Assembly (NCBI GenBank): GCA_040399745.1
Contig: JBBARP010000001.1
Span: forward strand, 240,511-304,510
Reading direction: 5' to 3'
Length of the DNA stretch: 64,000 bases
Source: Bdellovibrionia bacterium
GTDB lineage: Bacteria; Bdellovibrionota; UBA1018
In this document: one piece after another, positions 8,822 to 18,372 of the stretch
How positions within the stretch are numbered: position 1 is the first letter of the stretch
Layout of the letters: every line of letters starts with the position of its first letter
Made by a program: the position numbers and the translations under genes
Notes under the pieces: model-generated
Told to the model about the DNA's origin: nothing
The model's input: only the letters and a program-made list of their open reading frames with translations
The model's database searches: none

Positions 8822-10552
8822 ATGTCTCTCCAGCTTGCCGAGCTTCTTCAGAAGGACAAGATCATTACGTCCGCTCAGCTTCAGGAATCCGTGGGCGCCG
8901 CGCGCGATCATGGAAAGGAGCACGTCCGTTTTCTGATTGATCAGAAATACGTCTCGGAGACGAAGCTTCTCTACTACTTAAGCCAGAAATTCGGCCTGGC
9001 ATCGGTCAACATCGCAAAATTTGATATCGCGTCTGAAGTCGCAAAAATCCTGACTTCTGACCAAGCATTCAAGTACCAAGCGATACCGATTCAATCCAAT
9101 CCCACGACCGTGGTGCTTGCCGTTTGCGATCCCACGAAAGTGGCGCAGATCGAAGATCTGAAGTTCCAAGTGAAGCGCGCGGTCGAAGTGGTGCTGACCA
9201 CTTTTTCGGCCTTTGATGGCGCGATGGAAAAGCACTTCGGCTCGAACCACGCCGTGGGCAACGCCATTGCCCAGTACGAAAAAAGTCAGAAAAAATCGAC
9301 TGCTGCTGAGCAGGCCGAAGCGGGTCCAGTCCTAGCGCTTGAGATGAATCAAATTCACGAGATCGATCCGGGCAAAGGCCCCAATATCGATGCACCCGTG
9401 ATTGCGCTCGTGAACGGGATTCTCAGCGAAGCCGTGCGCCGAAAGGCCTCCGATATTCACTGCGAGCCCTACGAGAAACGCTTCCGCGTCCGGATGCGGG
9501 TAGACGGCGTCCTTTACGAGACGGCGCAAATTCCCGTCGAAATGAAGCGGGCTGTGATTGCGCGCCTCAAAGTGATGGCGCGACTCGATATCTCCGAATC
9601 CCGGATTCCCCAAGACGGCCGCATGAAGCTGAAGTTCGGCAATCAAGAGATCGACTTCCGGGTGAACTCCATGCCCACGATCTTCGGCGAAAAAGTAGTG
9701 CTTCGTCAGTTGAACAAGTCCAACGTGAACTTGAAGCTCGATGCCTTGGGTTTTGAGACCGAGCAGATGAAGACTTTCAAAAAGGGGATCTATTCCCCGA
9801 CAGGCATGGTGTTGGTCACGGGCCCGACGGGTTCAGGAAAAACCACCACTCTTTATTCAGCCCTGATGGAGCTGAACCAGATTTCAGACAACGTTTCGAC
9901 TGCGGAGGATCCGGTCGAATACAACCTAGAAGGCATTAACCAGGTCCAAGTGAATAAGGACGTGGGCCTCACCTTTCCAGCCGTTCTTCGCGCCCTTTTG
10001 CGCCAAGATCCGGACGTGATTCTGGTGGGGGAAGTGCGAGATTACGAAACGGCGGAAGTGGCCATTCAGGCTGCGCTGACGGGCCACTTGGTGCTCTCCA
10101 CGCTTCACACCAATGATGCTCCTTCCACGATCGTTCGTTTGACGAACATGGGAATCGAGCCGTTCCTCGTCGTCGCTTCGCTGAACACCATCGTGGCTCA
10201 GCGCCTGCTTCGCCGACTCTGTACGGAATGCGCGGTCGATCGTGTGCTTCCGAAGGAAAAGATCGCGGAATTCGGCTTTGATCCGGCACGTGCCGACAAA
10301 TTGAAATTCAGAGAGCCGCGGGGTTGTTCTCAGTGCAACAACACGGGCTACCGCGGACGAATGGCCATTTACGAGGTCATGGAATTCAGTCAGGCCTTGA
10401 AAGAAATGGTTCTACGCGGGGATAGCGTTTTGGATTTGAAGCGCCGAGCAGTCAAGGACGGCATGCAAACTTTGCGGGTCTCTGCTCTTTCAAAAGCAGC
10501 CGCAGGCCTCACCTCAGTAGAAGAGGCTCTGACCCTGACAATGGAGAACTAA
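8822..10552 (+). CDS. pilB: Type IV pilus extension ATPase PilB
   Basis: ASDIHCEP, GPTGSGKTTT, EDPVEY, LRQDPDVILVGEVRD, STLHTND, tetracysteine CTEC/CSQC. Confidence 0.95.
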   Translation: MSLQLAELLQKDKIITSAQLQESVGAARDHGKEHVRFLIDQKYVSETKLLYYLSQKFGLASVNIAKFDIASEVAKILTSDQAFKYQAIPIQSNPTTVVLAVCDPTKVAQIEDLKFQVKRAVEVVLTTFSAFDGAMEKHFGSNHAVGNAIAQYEKSQKKSTAAEQAEAGPVLALEMNQIHEIDPGKGPNIDAPVIALVNGILSEAVRRKASDIHCEPYEKRFRVRMRVDGVLYETAQIPVEMKRAVIARLKVMARLDISESRIPQDGRMKLKFGNQEIDFRVNSMPTIFGEKVVLRQLNKSNVNLKLDALGFETEQMKTFKKGIYSPTGMVLVTGPTGSGKTTTLYSALMELNQISDNVSTAEDPVEYNLEGINQVQVNKDVGLTFPAVLRALLRQDPDVILVGEVRDYETAEVAIQAALTGHLVLSTLHTNDAPSTIVRLTNMGIEPFLVVASLNTIVAQRLLRRLCTECAVDRVLPKEKIAEFGFDPARADKLKFREPRGCSQCNNTGYRGRMAIYEVMEFSQALKEMVLRGDSVLDLKRRAVKDGMQTLRVSALSKAAAGLTSVEEALTLTMEN

Positions 10553-10557
10553 CGCTC

Positions 10558-11640
10558 ATGGCGCGAGTCGGACTTCCAGCACTACTCAAAGCGATGGTGG
10601 ATCAGGACGCTTCTGACCTTCACATCACGGTGGGCGTGCCTCCTGAGATGCGGATTCAGGGGAAAATGACCAAAGTGAAGACCGACGTCCTCACGCACCA
10701 GGACACCAAGGAAATCTGTTACTCGGTTTTGACCGACGCTCAAAAAAGGGATTTCGAGCAGAACCTCGAAGTCGACTTTTCCTTCGGCATTAAAGATGTG
10801 GCCCGGTTCCGGGGCAATTTGTTTTACCAACGGGGTGGCGTGGCAGGCGTGTTTCGGCGAATTCCGCTTGAGATTCCCGATTTCAACGCGCTCGGGCTTC
10901 CTCAGGTCTTGAAGAAAATCATTCGACGCCCGAACGGGCTGATCTTGGTCACGGGCCCCACGGGTTCGGGGAAATCAACCTCGCTTGCGGGCCTGCTCGA
11001 TATTCTGAACCGCGAAGAGTACGGCCACTTGGTGACCGTTGAAGACCCGATCGAGTTTGTTCATCCGCACAAAAACTGCATCGTGAACCAGCGCGAAGTG
11101 GGCCAGGACACAAAAAGCTTTGGTAGCGCACTGAAACGCCTCCTTCGTCAGGACCCGGACTTCATTTTGGTGGGCGAACTTCGGGATGCCGAAACCATCG
11201 AAAGCGCACTGACTTTGGCTGAAACAGGCCACTTGGTGTTTGGCACGCTCCACACCAATAACGCCGTTCAATCGATTAACCGAATCGTGAACGTTTTTCC
11301 GCCACACCAGCAGCCGCAGATTCGCCAGGTGCTGAGCTTCACGCTTCAAGCGGTCATGTGTCAGCTTCTCTTGCCGAGGAGCTACCAACCGGGCCGCTGT
11401 CTCGTGTACGAGCTATTGATTCCGAATATGGCCATCCGGAACCTGATTCGCGAAGATAAGCTGCATCAGGTTTATTCCGCCATGCAAGCGGGCCAAGAAG
11501 AATCGGGCATGCAGACCATGAACCAGAGTATCCTGGCTCAAGTGAAGGCTGGGGTGCTCTCGAAGCAAGATGCTTTGGATGCCTCGACCATGCCTGAAGA
11601 AATTGCCAAAGCCTTAGGGCAAATTCAGGATAAGCGATGA
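10558..11640 (+). CDS. pilT: Type IV pilus retraction ATPase PilT
   Basis: GPTGSGKSTS, EDPIEF, LAETGHLVFGTLHT, AIRNLIRE motif. Confidence 0.95.
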   Translation: MARVGLPALLKAMVDQDASDLHITVGVPPEMRIQGKMTKVKTDVLTHQDTKEICYSVLTDAQKRDFEQNLEVDFSFGIKDVARFRGNLFYQRGGVAGVFRRIPLEIPDFNALGLPQVLKKIIRRPNGLILVTGPTGSGKSTSLAGLLDILNREEYGHLVTVEDPIEFVHPHKNCIVNQREVGQDTKSFGSALKRLLRQDPDFILVGELRDAETIESALTLAETGHLVFGTLHTNNAVQSINRIVNVFPPHQQPQIRQVLSFTLQAVMCQLLLPRSYQPGRCLVYELLIPNMAIRNLIREDKLHQVYSAMQAGQEESGMQTMNQSILAQVKAGVLSKQDALDASTMPEEIAKALGQIQDKR

Positions 11641-11652
11641 GGCTTCTGAGAC

Positions 11653-12885
11653 ATGTCTGATTACACTTACGTCGGGGTTGATAAGTCCGGCAAAAAAGTG
11701 ATGGGTTCCGTGACGGCGCCTACTGAAGGCGACCTTCGAATGATGCTGCGTCAGCAGGGCATTCGGCCCACGAAAGTGGCGTTGTCATCGAAAGAAGGCA
11801 CACGCCAACTCACGATGGCGAACCTGTTTAAGGGAAGCGGGCCGTCGGTTCCCTTGGAAGTGATGCTGATCTTTACCCGCCAGCTTTACGTCTTGGTGAG
11901 TTCCGGCATTCCTTTGATTCAGTCGATCGAAACTCTAGCGGATCAAGCCAACCATCCCGCTCTGAAGCAGATTTTGGGTGATGTTCGGGCGCGCGTCACT
12001 TCGGGCGCCTACTTCTGGGAGTCGCTATCGCTCTATCCCCGCGCTTTTTCAAAACTCTATGTTTCGCTGATCCGTGCAGGCGAAAGCTCAGGCTCTCTCG
12101 ACGAAATGCTGAAGCGCTTGACGGGCTACATGGAAGACTCAAACCGCCTGCGCCGACTTTTGAAGTCAGCCATGATCTATCCCATTGCCGTCATATCGGT
12201 CGGGATCGCGGTCATCGCGGCCATGATGATTTTCGTGATTCCGAAGTTCGAAGAGCTTCTGACCGCAAGCGGCCAAGAGCTGCCTTGGATTACTCAGTTG
12301 GTTTTGAATTCATCGCGCTTCATGGTTTCCAACCTGCTTTACATCGTCGCCGGCGCCGTAGCGGGTGGATACATGCTGCTTCGCTATTTCCGAAGCCCTG
12401 AAGGAAAAGCACTGCTGGACCGTGTGGTCTTTTCGGTTCCGATTTTCGGGCCAATGACACAAAAAGGCGCCGTAGCGCGGTTCTCGCGCACCATGCAGAC
12501 CTTGCTTGCAGCGGGTGTTTCGCTTTTGGACGCCATCGATATTTGCCGAACCACGATCGATAACGCCGTGGTGGAAGCGGCTGTGGCGAAGATTCGAACC
12601 GAAGTCGAGGCGGGCAACCGCTTAGGTGTGGTGGTGAGTCGTCTAGATGTGTTTCCGAAAATGGCCGTTCAGATGATCTCAGTTGGCGAGGCCTCAGGTT
12701 CACTCGATCAGATGCTCGAAAAAGTGGCCGATTTTTATGAAGCCGAAGTGGAAGCGGCTGTGGCCGGGATGTCCAAGCTCATTGAGCCCTTCATCTTGGT
12801 GTTCTTAGGCGGCACCGTGGGCGGGCTTTTGATCGCCATGTACCTGCCGATCTTTAAATTGGCCGGCGGCGGCGGCACGGAATGA
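11653..12885 (+). CDS. pilC: Type IV pilus platform protein PilC
   Basis: FTRQL, SLIRAGESSG, KSAMIYP, GEASGSLDQML, IAMYLPIF. Confidence 0.95.
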   Translation: MSDYTYVGVDKSGKKVMGSVTAPTEGDLRMMLRQQGIRPTKVALSSKEGTRQLTMANLFKGSGPSVPLEVMLIFTRQLYVLVSSGIPLIQSIETLADQANHPALKQILGDVRARVTSGAYFWESLSLYPRAFSKLYVSLIRAGESSGSLDEMLKRLTGYMEDSNRLRRLLKSAMIYPIAVISVGIAVIAAMMIFVIPKFEELLTASGQELPWITQLVLNSSRFMVSNLLYIVAGAVAGGYMLLRYFRSPEGKALLDRVVFSVPIFGPMTQKGAVARFSRTMQTLLAAGVSLLDAIDICRTTIDNAVVEAAVAKIRTEVEAGNRLGVVVSRLDVFPKMAVQMISVGEASGSLDQMLEKVADFYEAEVEAAVAGMSKLIEPFILVFLGGTVGGLLIAMYLPIFKLAGGGGTE

Positions 12886-12895
12886 GGCATTTGAA

Positions 12896-13921
12896 GTGAA
12901 GCCGATCCTTGGCCAAAGCAAAGCGGTTCATGAGCTTCTGAAGTGGATCGCAAAAGTGGCGGCCGCAAAGACGAACGTGCTTGTCATCGGCGAGAGCGGC
13001 ACGGGTAAGGAACTCGTCGCCCGAATGATTCACGACACCGGCCCGCTGAAGGACAAAGCCTTTGTTCCTGTGAACTGCGGCGCCATTCCTGCAAACCTGA
13101 TTGAAAGCGAGCTTTTCGGTCATAAGCGGGGCAGCTTCACAGGCGCCGTGACCGAGAAGGACGGCCTTTTTCAAGTGGCCCACGGCGGCACTTTGTTTTT
13201 AGACGAAGTGGGGGAACTTCCCCTAGCGCTTCAAGTGAAGCTGCTTCGAGCGATTCAAGAGCGCACCATTCGAAAAGTGGGCGGGACGGACGACGTGAAA
13301 GTCGACGTCCGGATCATTGCTGCAACGAACCGCGACTTAGAAGCGGCGGTGAGGCAGGGAAGTTTCCGCGAGGACCTTTACTACCGCCTGAACGTGATTC
13401 AGCTCAAAACCCCGCCCCTTCGCGAACGAGAAGGGGATGTCAGGCTTCTGGCCGATCACTTCTTGAAGCGGTTCTCGGAGCGCTCAGGCCGTAAGGTCGA
13501 AGGTTTCACCGACGAAGCCTGGGCTGCGCTCGATGCGCATTCTTGGCCAGGAAACGTGCGGGAACTCGAGAACGTGATTGAGCGCGCTGTGACTTTGGCG
13601 GCAGCGCTTGGGAAGATTGGGCCCGAGCAATTGCCTTTTGTGAGGGCGAAGAATTCGCAGGCATCAGCTCAGCAGGTTGCAGCAGGTGGCGGAGCGGATA
13701 GCGCTCTATCGGCTGGGACTCCGGACTCTTCGGGCTTTCGCCTTCCTTCGCCCGATTTTTCACAAGGCTCGGTACCGCTTCAGAAAATCCTCGAACAAGT
13801 GGAGCGCACTTACTTTGAAGCCGCTTTGAAAGCAGTGGGGGGAGTTCGCCCGCGAGCGGCTGATCTTCTTCAGCTTCCGGTGAAGACTTTCCAGACCCGC
13901 GCGAAGAAGCTCGGGGTTTGA
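12896..13921 (+). CDS. PilR-like sigma-54 activator lacking a receiver domain
   Basis: GESGTGKE, ESELFGH, GSFTGA, LFLDEVGE, FREDLYYRL, WPGNVRELEN, Fis-type HTH; starts 10 nt after pilC with no REC domain. Confidence 0.85.
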   Translation: MKPILGQSKAVHELLKWIAKVAAAKTNVLVIGESGTGKELVARMIHDTGPLKDKAFVPVNCGAIPANLIESELFGHKRGSFTGAVTEKDGLFQVAHGGTLFLDEVGELPLALQVKLLRAIQERTIRKVGGTDDVKVDVRIIAATNRDLEAAVRQGSFREDLYYRLNVIQLKTPPLREREGDVRLLADHFLKRFSERSGRKVEGFTDEAWAALDAHSWPGNVRELENVIERAVTLAAALGKIGPEQLPFVRAKNSQASAQQVAAGGGADSALSAGTPDSSGFRLPSPDFSQGSVPLQKILEQVERTYFEAALKAVGGVRPRAADLLQLPVKTFQTRAKKLGV

Positions 13922-13945
13922 AGTTTTGAGCCAGCCCTAAAAGCA

Positions 13946-13981
13946 GAAACCCCGCAGGCCCAAGGGGCGCTGCGGGGTTTC
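13946..13981. terminator. Probable bidirectional intrinsic terminator between pilR-like and pilA
   Basis: 12-bp inverted repeat GAAACCCCGCAG/CTGCGGGGTTTC with short T or A runs on both sides, between convergent genes. Confidence 0.75.
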
Positions 13982-14012
13982 CAGTTTTAAGACTGAGACT
14001 TGAAGCGCGAGA

Positions 14013-14660
14013 TCAGACGCCGTTTTGGGCGTTGTTCAGAGTCTTTGCCTGATTGATCGTCCACCGGTCACCACCGCCGTTGCCAGCAGCGGCTGCGGCG
14101 GCCACGGCCGGGGCCGATGACACCCTGCCTACAGCTGTCACAACAAAGACTGTCTGATTGACGTCGGATACACTAGGAGCTTCGGCCAAAGCGGCGGCTG
14201 GAAGAATGAGGCCGCCTAATGCTGCCGTGGCGAGGTAGAAGTTCTGGTTCTGTGTCAAACCCGGGTCCGCCCCAACCCCCCCGCAGAACAGGGTCGCGGC
14301 TCCCGCGTTATCGAACATATAGGCGTCACAAGGTTGGTTGTTTGCAGGGCCGCAGGTGTCAACACCGGGATCGTTGATTCCCACCGTGTAGTACCGCTTG
14401 GCTCCTGCAGTGGATTCAAACCCAATGTCGTTCAGACAGGTCGTATACGTCCCCACTTCAGCGAAGTACGACTGAAGTGCCGTGTAGCTGGAAGCCAACA
14501 TCACCTTCGCTTCGCTCTGCCGTGCGCGGGCTTGGTACTTTTGGTAGTTCGGAATGGCCACTGCCGCCAGGATGCCGATGATGGCAACGACCACCATCAG
14601 TTCGACCAGCGTGAAGCCAGATTTCGAGATCAGCCGCTTCGGCATTTTAAGATTACTCAT
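14013..14660 (-). CDS. pilA: Type IVa major pilin
   Basis: Class III signal KSG|[29 protein letters not shown]; SD AAAGGG; four Cys in the globular domain. Confidence 0.93.
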   Translation of the reverse strand: MSNLKMPKRLISKSGFTLVELMVVVAIIGILAAVAIPNYQKYQARARQSEAKVMLASSYTALQSYFAEVGTYTTCLNDIGFESTAGAKRYYTVGINDPGVDTCGPANNQPCDAYMFDNAGAATLFCGGVGADPGLTQNQNFYLATAALGGLILPAAALAEAPSVSDVNQTVFVVTAVGRVSSAPAVAAAAAAGNGGGDRWTINQAKTLNNAQNGV

Positions 14661-14716
14661 AACGTTCCCTTTCTAGGTCCGTCTCATACAGCGAGCCCTC
14701 CACTCAGGATCGAAGT

Positions 14717-14732
14717 CTCAAGATACGTACCG
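14717..14732 (-). promoter_or_regulatory. Sigma-54-like promoter of pilA (non-canonical -12)
   Basis: Minus strand CGGTACGTATCTTGAG against consensus TGGCACGNNNNTTGCW; GA replaces GC; about 57 nt upstream of ATG. Confidence 0.45.
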
Positions 14733-14835
14733 CGATCGATCGTGAGTTTTTGGTATTGATATCAGTGTAAACAGTTCAATTCAGTCGTGCAAACTCTTTT
14801 GAATTCCTCTTGCCTTCGCTAAGGTAGCTCTTCGG

Positions 14836-15846
14836 ATGGGGACATTGAGGGCAGAGCGTGTCGCAAAGGACACAGGTGCAACGAGTGCTCGACGCGAAGC
14901 AAGCGTCGGAACGCTGACGCTCGCTCTAGGCTTAGGCCTATTCGCGCTTCAAGCAGGTGTTCTTTTGCCGAAGCTTCAGCGCCTTTGGGGAAGCGCGGGC
15001 GAAGCCCTGCATGCTCCGGCTCCAGCCCGTGCGAGTGAAAAAGACGCATGGAACCCCGCTTGGGCAAGGACCTTGAGTCTCGGCCAAGGCCAAGCCTTTG
15101 CAGATTGGCTTTTTGTCCGCGCCTTGATTGAGGACGCTCCTTCTCGTCCGCTGAAGGCCGGCGAAAGGTCGCGCGCATCGGTATGGTTGGACTTGGCCTC
15201 CAGGCTTGATCCCGCCTATTTCGAAATGCACCAAAACGGTGCCCTCTATTTAAGTGTGGCCCTGCACGATACCGATGGGGGCCTTGCGCTGGTTTCGCGC
15301 GCCAACGAATGGCGAAAATCGCAACTTCCTTCTTGGCCTGTATCGTTTCAAGAAACCGAGTGGAAAAGCGCTTGGTCCCTTCCCGTGATTCAGGCCTATT
15401 TATATCTTTTCGAAAAAGAAAACTTAGTCGAGGCAGGGAAAGCGTATCAAGAAGCTGCCGCTCATCCGAAGGCGCCAGCGTATCTGAAGAGCTTGGGGCA
15501 CCGCTTTGACAGCCCGGGCGGAATTTATGAGGCAGGAGCCAGAATCTTAGGCTTCATGATTCCGGCCGCAGCACCGGGGGCCCCCAGGGAAGCCCTGATT
15601 CGAAAGCGCGCGGTGCTGATCGTTCACAATCAGCTTTGGCAGATCGATCAGGATTTTTCGGCCTACCTAAAAAAGATGCGAGTTGCACCCACGCCACAGG
15701 CCAGGCACAGGGCTTGGGATAACTTTCGAGCGCGCTTAGCTCCGACTGACGCTTTAGGTGGACGGTGGACTTTTGATGCGAAGACCGGACAGGTGGGAAC
15801 AACGACAAAGCTCGAAAAGGTCTTTGGCGTAGGAGAAGGAAACTAA
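14836..15846 (+). CDS. Pilus-associated membrane protein, PilG (myxobacterial type)-like
   Basis: N-terminal TM, helical-repeat body (RLDPAYFEMH, W.LP...AY.Y); lies between pilA and an ABC ATPase/permease as in pilA-pilG-pilH-pilI-pilD. Confidence 0.55.
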   Translation: MGTLRAERVAKDTGATSARREASVGTLTLALGLGLFALQAGVLLPKLQRLWGSAGEALHAPAPARASEKDAWNPAWARTLSLGQGQAFADWLFVRALIEDAPSRPLKAGERSRASVWLDLASRLDPAYFEMHQNGALYLSVALHDTDGGLALVSRANEWRKSQLPSWPVSFQETEWKSAWSLPVIQAYLYLFEKENLVEAGKAYQEAAAHPKAPAYLKSLGHRFDSPGGIYEAGARILGFMIPAAAPGAPREALIRKRAVLIVHNQLWQIDQDFSAYLKKMRVAPTPQARHRAWDNFRARLAPTDALGGRWTFDAKTGQVGTTTKLEKVFGVGEGN

Positions 15847-15848
15847 CC

Positions 15849-16784
15849 ATGGCGGCACGCTTAGAGATCAAAGAGGTTCATCAATCCTTTGCTACGGGGT
15901 TTTGGCTCAGGCCCGCTCACATCCTTCGCGGCGTGAGTCTCGAAGTGCCCGAGGGTTCCGTCTACGGGTTTTTAGGAGCAAACGGAGCTGGAAAGACCAC
16001 TCTGATTCATCTCATTACCGGACTAAGAAAACCGAAGTCGGGCTCTCTCACTTTGGACGGGGTGGAAGTTCGCTCGCGCGAGGCGCGCTCCCGCTTAGGC
16101 TATTTGCCCGAGCGCCCTTATTTTCATGAGCACCTGACCGGCGAAGGGCTTCTTCAGTATTTCGGAGCCCTGTCTAACTTGTCTGGAAAGAAGTTAGAAA
16201 CCCGGATCACGGAAGTTTTGGATCAAGTGAACTTGCGAGACGCTCGCCGCGTTCGTCTTCGGAACTTCTCAAAAGGCATGCTTCAGCGTTTGGGCCTAGC
16301 TCAAGCGGTTCTTCACGAGCCTGATTTTCTGGTCCTCGATGAACCCATGAGCGGCCTAGATCCTTTAGGGAGAAAAGAGATTCGCGAGCTGATCCTCAGG
16401 CAAGCAGAACTCGGGAAAACGGTTTTCTTCAGTACGCACGTGATTTCAGACGTTGAGACGCTTTGCGACCGAGTGGGCTTGATCTCGAAAGGCCAAATGG
16501 TCCGCACCGGGAAAGTGGCCGAGCTTTTGTCGGAACGATCGGGCGGCACGGAAGTATGGTTAGAAGGATCTGCCGCGCCGAGTGGCGCAGATACCTGGAC
16601 CGGGGTTGATTCGGTTCGTGTCAATCCAGACGGAGTCCGGGTTCTGGCACGCGAAGGGACGGATCTGGGCGCACTGGTTTCGGAACTTCGGTCGCAAGGC
16701 GCAAAGCTTCGAGCCGTTCTACCCGTTCGGCCCAGTTTAGAAGATTACTTCGGTTCGATTGGCCGCAAGGAGGATCGCTCATGA
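15849..16784 (+). CDS. ABC transporter ATPase, PilH-like
   Basis: GANGAGKTT, signature FSKGM, LDEP, STH. Confidence 0.9.
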   Translation: MAARLEIKEVHQSFATGFWLRPAHILRGVSLEVPEGSVYGFLGANGAGKTTLIHLITGLRKPKSGSLTLDGVEVRSREARSRLGYLPERPYFHEHLTGEGLLQYFGALSNLSGKKLETRITEVLDQVNLRDARRVRLRNFSKGMLQRLGLAQAVLHEPDFLVLDEPMSGLDPLGRKEIRELILRQAELGKTVFFSTHVISDVETLCDRVGLISKGQMVRTGKVAELLSERSGGTEVWLEGSAAPSGADTWTGVDSVRVNPDGVRVLAREGTDLGALVSELRSQGAKLRAVLPVRPSLEDYFGSIGRKEDRS

Positions 16785-17593
16785 GTCGGGGGCCTGGGCT
16801 TTTTCGAGTGGCGGGGGCGGTGGCGAAAGTCACGTTCCGAGAAATCTTAGGAGACCGGATTCTTTACGGAGTCTTGGTTCTTGCTGTGCTGTTCTTGGGG
16901 CTTGCGATTTTGGGCACCCAGCTTAGTTTTGTCAGTCCCGAGCGGTTGATCATCGATTTTGGGTTGGCAGCGCTTGGGATTTCAGGAGCGCTGCTTGGGA
17001 TTTTTCTTGGGTCCTCTTCCTTGAACCGGGAATTTGAGCGGCGAACGATTCAAGTGGCGCTCTCGCATCCGATTGGGCGTGGTCAGTTTCTGTTCGGAAA
17101 ATTCTTGGGCGTGGTTCTGGCTCTAGGCGTGAACTGGCTGCTTCTTGGGCTGGTCTTTACTCTGGTGGCAGGCCTCTTCTCGGTCGGCGGTTTTGGAAGC
17201 TTGTTTGGGCGGTTGGACGGAGCCATGGGGGCAGCGTTTTTCCTGCTCTGGCTTCAAAGCGCGGTGTTGGCAGCCGTCGCGCTCCTTTTTTCGACCTACT
17301 CCAGCACCTTAGTCTCGGCCTTCGTCACTTTCGGAGTTTTCTTAGTGGGAAGCTCGGTGACGGATCTGGGCTCGATTGCTTCAAAATCAGAATCCCCGAC
17401 GCTTCGGGCGGTGGCCTGGACGGTGGTTCGTGCAGTGCCGAATCTCGAGTACTTTAACCTGCGCGAAAAAGTGTCTTACGATTTGGCGCTTGCGCCGGGT
17501 TTAGTGCCCGTTTCGATGCTCTACGCCTTGGCCTGGATGGGGGCGTGTTTAGTCTTGGCTTCTTTCTTGGTTCGCACGAAGGACACTCCGTGA
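16781..17593 (+). CDS. ABC transporter permease, PilI-like
   Basis: Multiple TM helices, REFERRTI and GKFLG motifs; overlaps ATPase stop. Confidence 0.85.
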   Translation: MSRGPGLFRVAGAVAKVTFREILGDRILYGVLVLAVLFLGLAILGTQLSFVSPERLIIDFGLAALGISGALLGIFLGSSSLNREFERRTIQVALSHPIGRGQFLFGKFLGVVLALGVNWLLLGLVFTLVAGLFSVGGFGSLFGRLDGAMGAAFFLLWLQSAVLAAVALLFSTYSSTLVSAFVTFGVFLVGSSVTDLGSIASKSESPTLRAVAWTVVRAVPNLEYFNLREKVSYDLALAPGLVPVSMLYALAWMGACLVLASFLVRTKDTP

Positions 17594-18372
17594 CTCTCGA
17601 ACAATTTCACTTAGGCATCACCACGGCGCTTGGGCTTCTGATTGGCAGCTTTTTGAATGTCGTCATTCACCGCCTACCTGAGGGGCAGTCGATTGTTCGG
17701 CCGCGAAGTTCCTGCCCCAGGTGCCGAAAGCCGGTTGCTTGGTTTGATAATCTTCCCATCCTTTCTTGGCTTCTTCTGAAGGGTAGATGCCGCCACTGCA
17801 AAAAATCCATTTCGGTTCGTTACCCGGTCGTCGAGGCCTTGACCGCTTGTTTGTTTCTGGCGGCCTTTCACCGGGGTGAGTGGGGGACGACTCTTTGGAT
17901 TCGGGATTGGCCGTTTCTCGCAGCGCTGATCGCTGTATCGTTTATCGACCTTCAGCACCGAATCATACCTGATGAGTTGTCGTGGGGCGGCTTGGCCTTT
18001 GGCCTTCTCACTTCTGTCTTAGACCCAGAACTTGGGTGGCAGGGAGCTTTGATCGGTTCAGCGGTGGGCTTTGTCTTCTTCTATGCGCTGGCGGCAGGCT
18101 ACGAGCGTTGGTCGGGGAAGATGGGACTGGGCGGGGGCGATATTAAGCTTCTTGCGATGCTCGGCGCTTTCTTAGGCTGGCGAGGCGTTTTTGCGACCGT
18201 ACTTCTCAGTTCGATCGTGGGCAGCTTGGTCGGTGTGGGCTGGGCGCTCGCGAGTCGTAAAAAAGAGGTGATGGGGCTCGCGATTCCGTACGGACCCTTT
18301 CTGGTGCTTGGGGCCTTGTGCTACTTTCTGTTCGGAGGCCAACCGTGGTTCCAATTCATCCTACCGATCTAG
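17590..18372 (+). CDS. pilD: Prepilin peptidase/N-methyltransferase
   Basis: GSFLNVVIHRLP, CPRC and CRHC, FIDLQH, GLGGGDIKL, IPYGPFL; GTG 17590 overlaps the pilI stop. Confidence 0.95.
   Translation: MTLEQFHLGITTALGLLIGSFLNVVIHRLPEGQSIVRPRSSCPRCRKPVAWFDNLPILSWLLLKGRCRHCKKSISVRYPVVEALTACLFLAAFHRGEWGTTLWIRDWPFLAALIAVSFIDLQHRIIPDELSWGGLAFGLLTSVLDPELGWQGALIGSAVGFVFFYALAAGYERWSGKMGLGGGDIKLLAMLGAFLGWRGVFATVLLSSIVGSLVGVGWALASRKKEVMGLAIPYGPFLVLGALCYFLFGGQPWFQFILPI

Noticed and set aside
14276-14282. G7 tract in pilA as a phase-variation site
   Set aside because: Short for slippage and explained by Gly codons.
14013-14660. Conductive e-pilin
   Set aside because: It is a full-length pilin of about 200 aa with unremarkable aromatic spacing, and no multiheme cytochromes are in the window.
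13994-14720. 8-bp inverted repeat (TGAGACTT/AAGTCTCA) flanking pilA as an invertible switch
   Set aside because: A match this short is likely by chance in these spacers, and no recombinase is nearby.
14785-14830. Possible GEMM-I (c-di-GMP/cGAMP) riboswitch near pilA (GCAAAC...CTAAGGTAGC)
   Set aside because: There is no GNRA-capped P2 stem or GCAAAGC junction and the spacing is too short. No convincing GEMM-I was seen anywhere in the window; an Rfam RF01051 scan would settle it.
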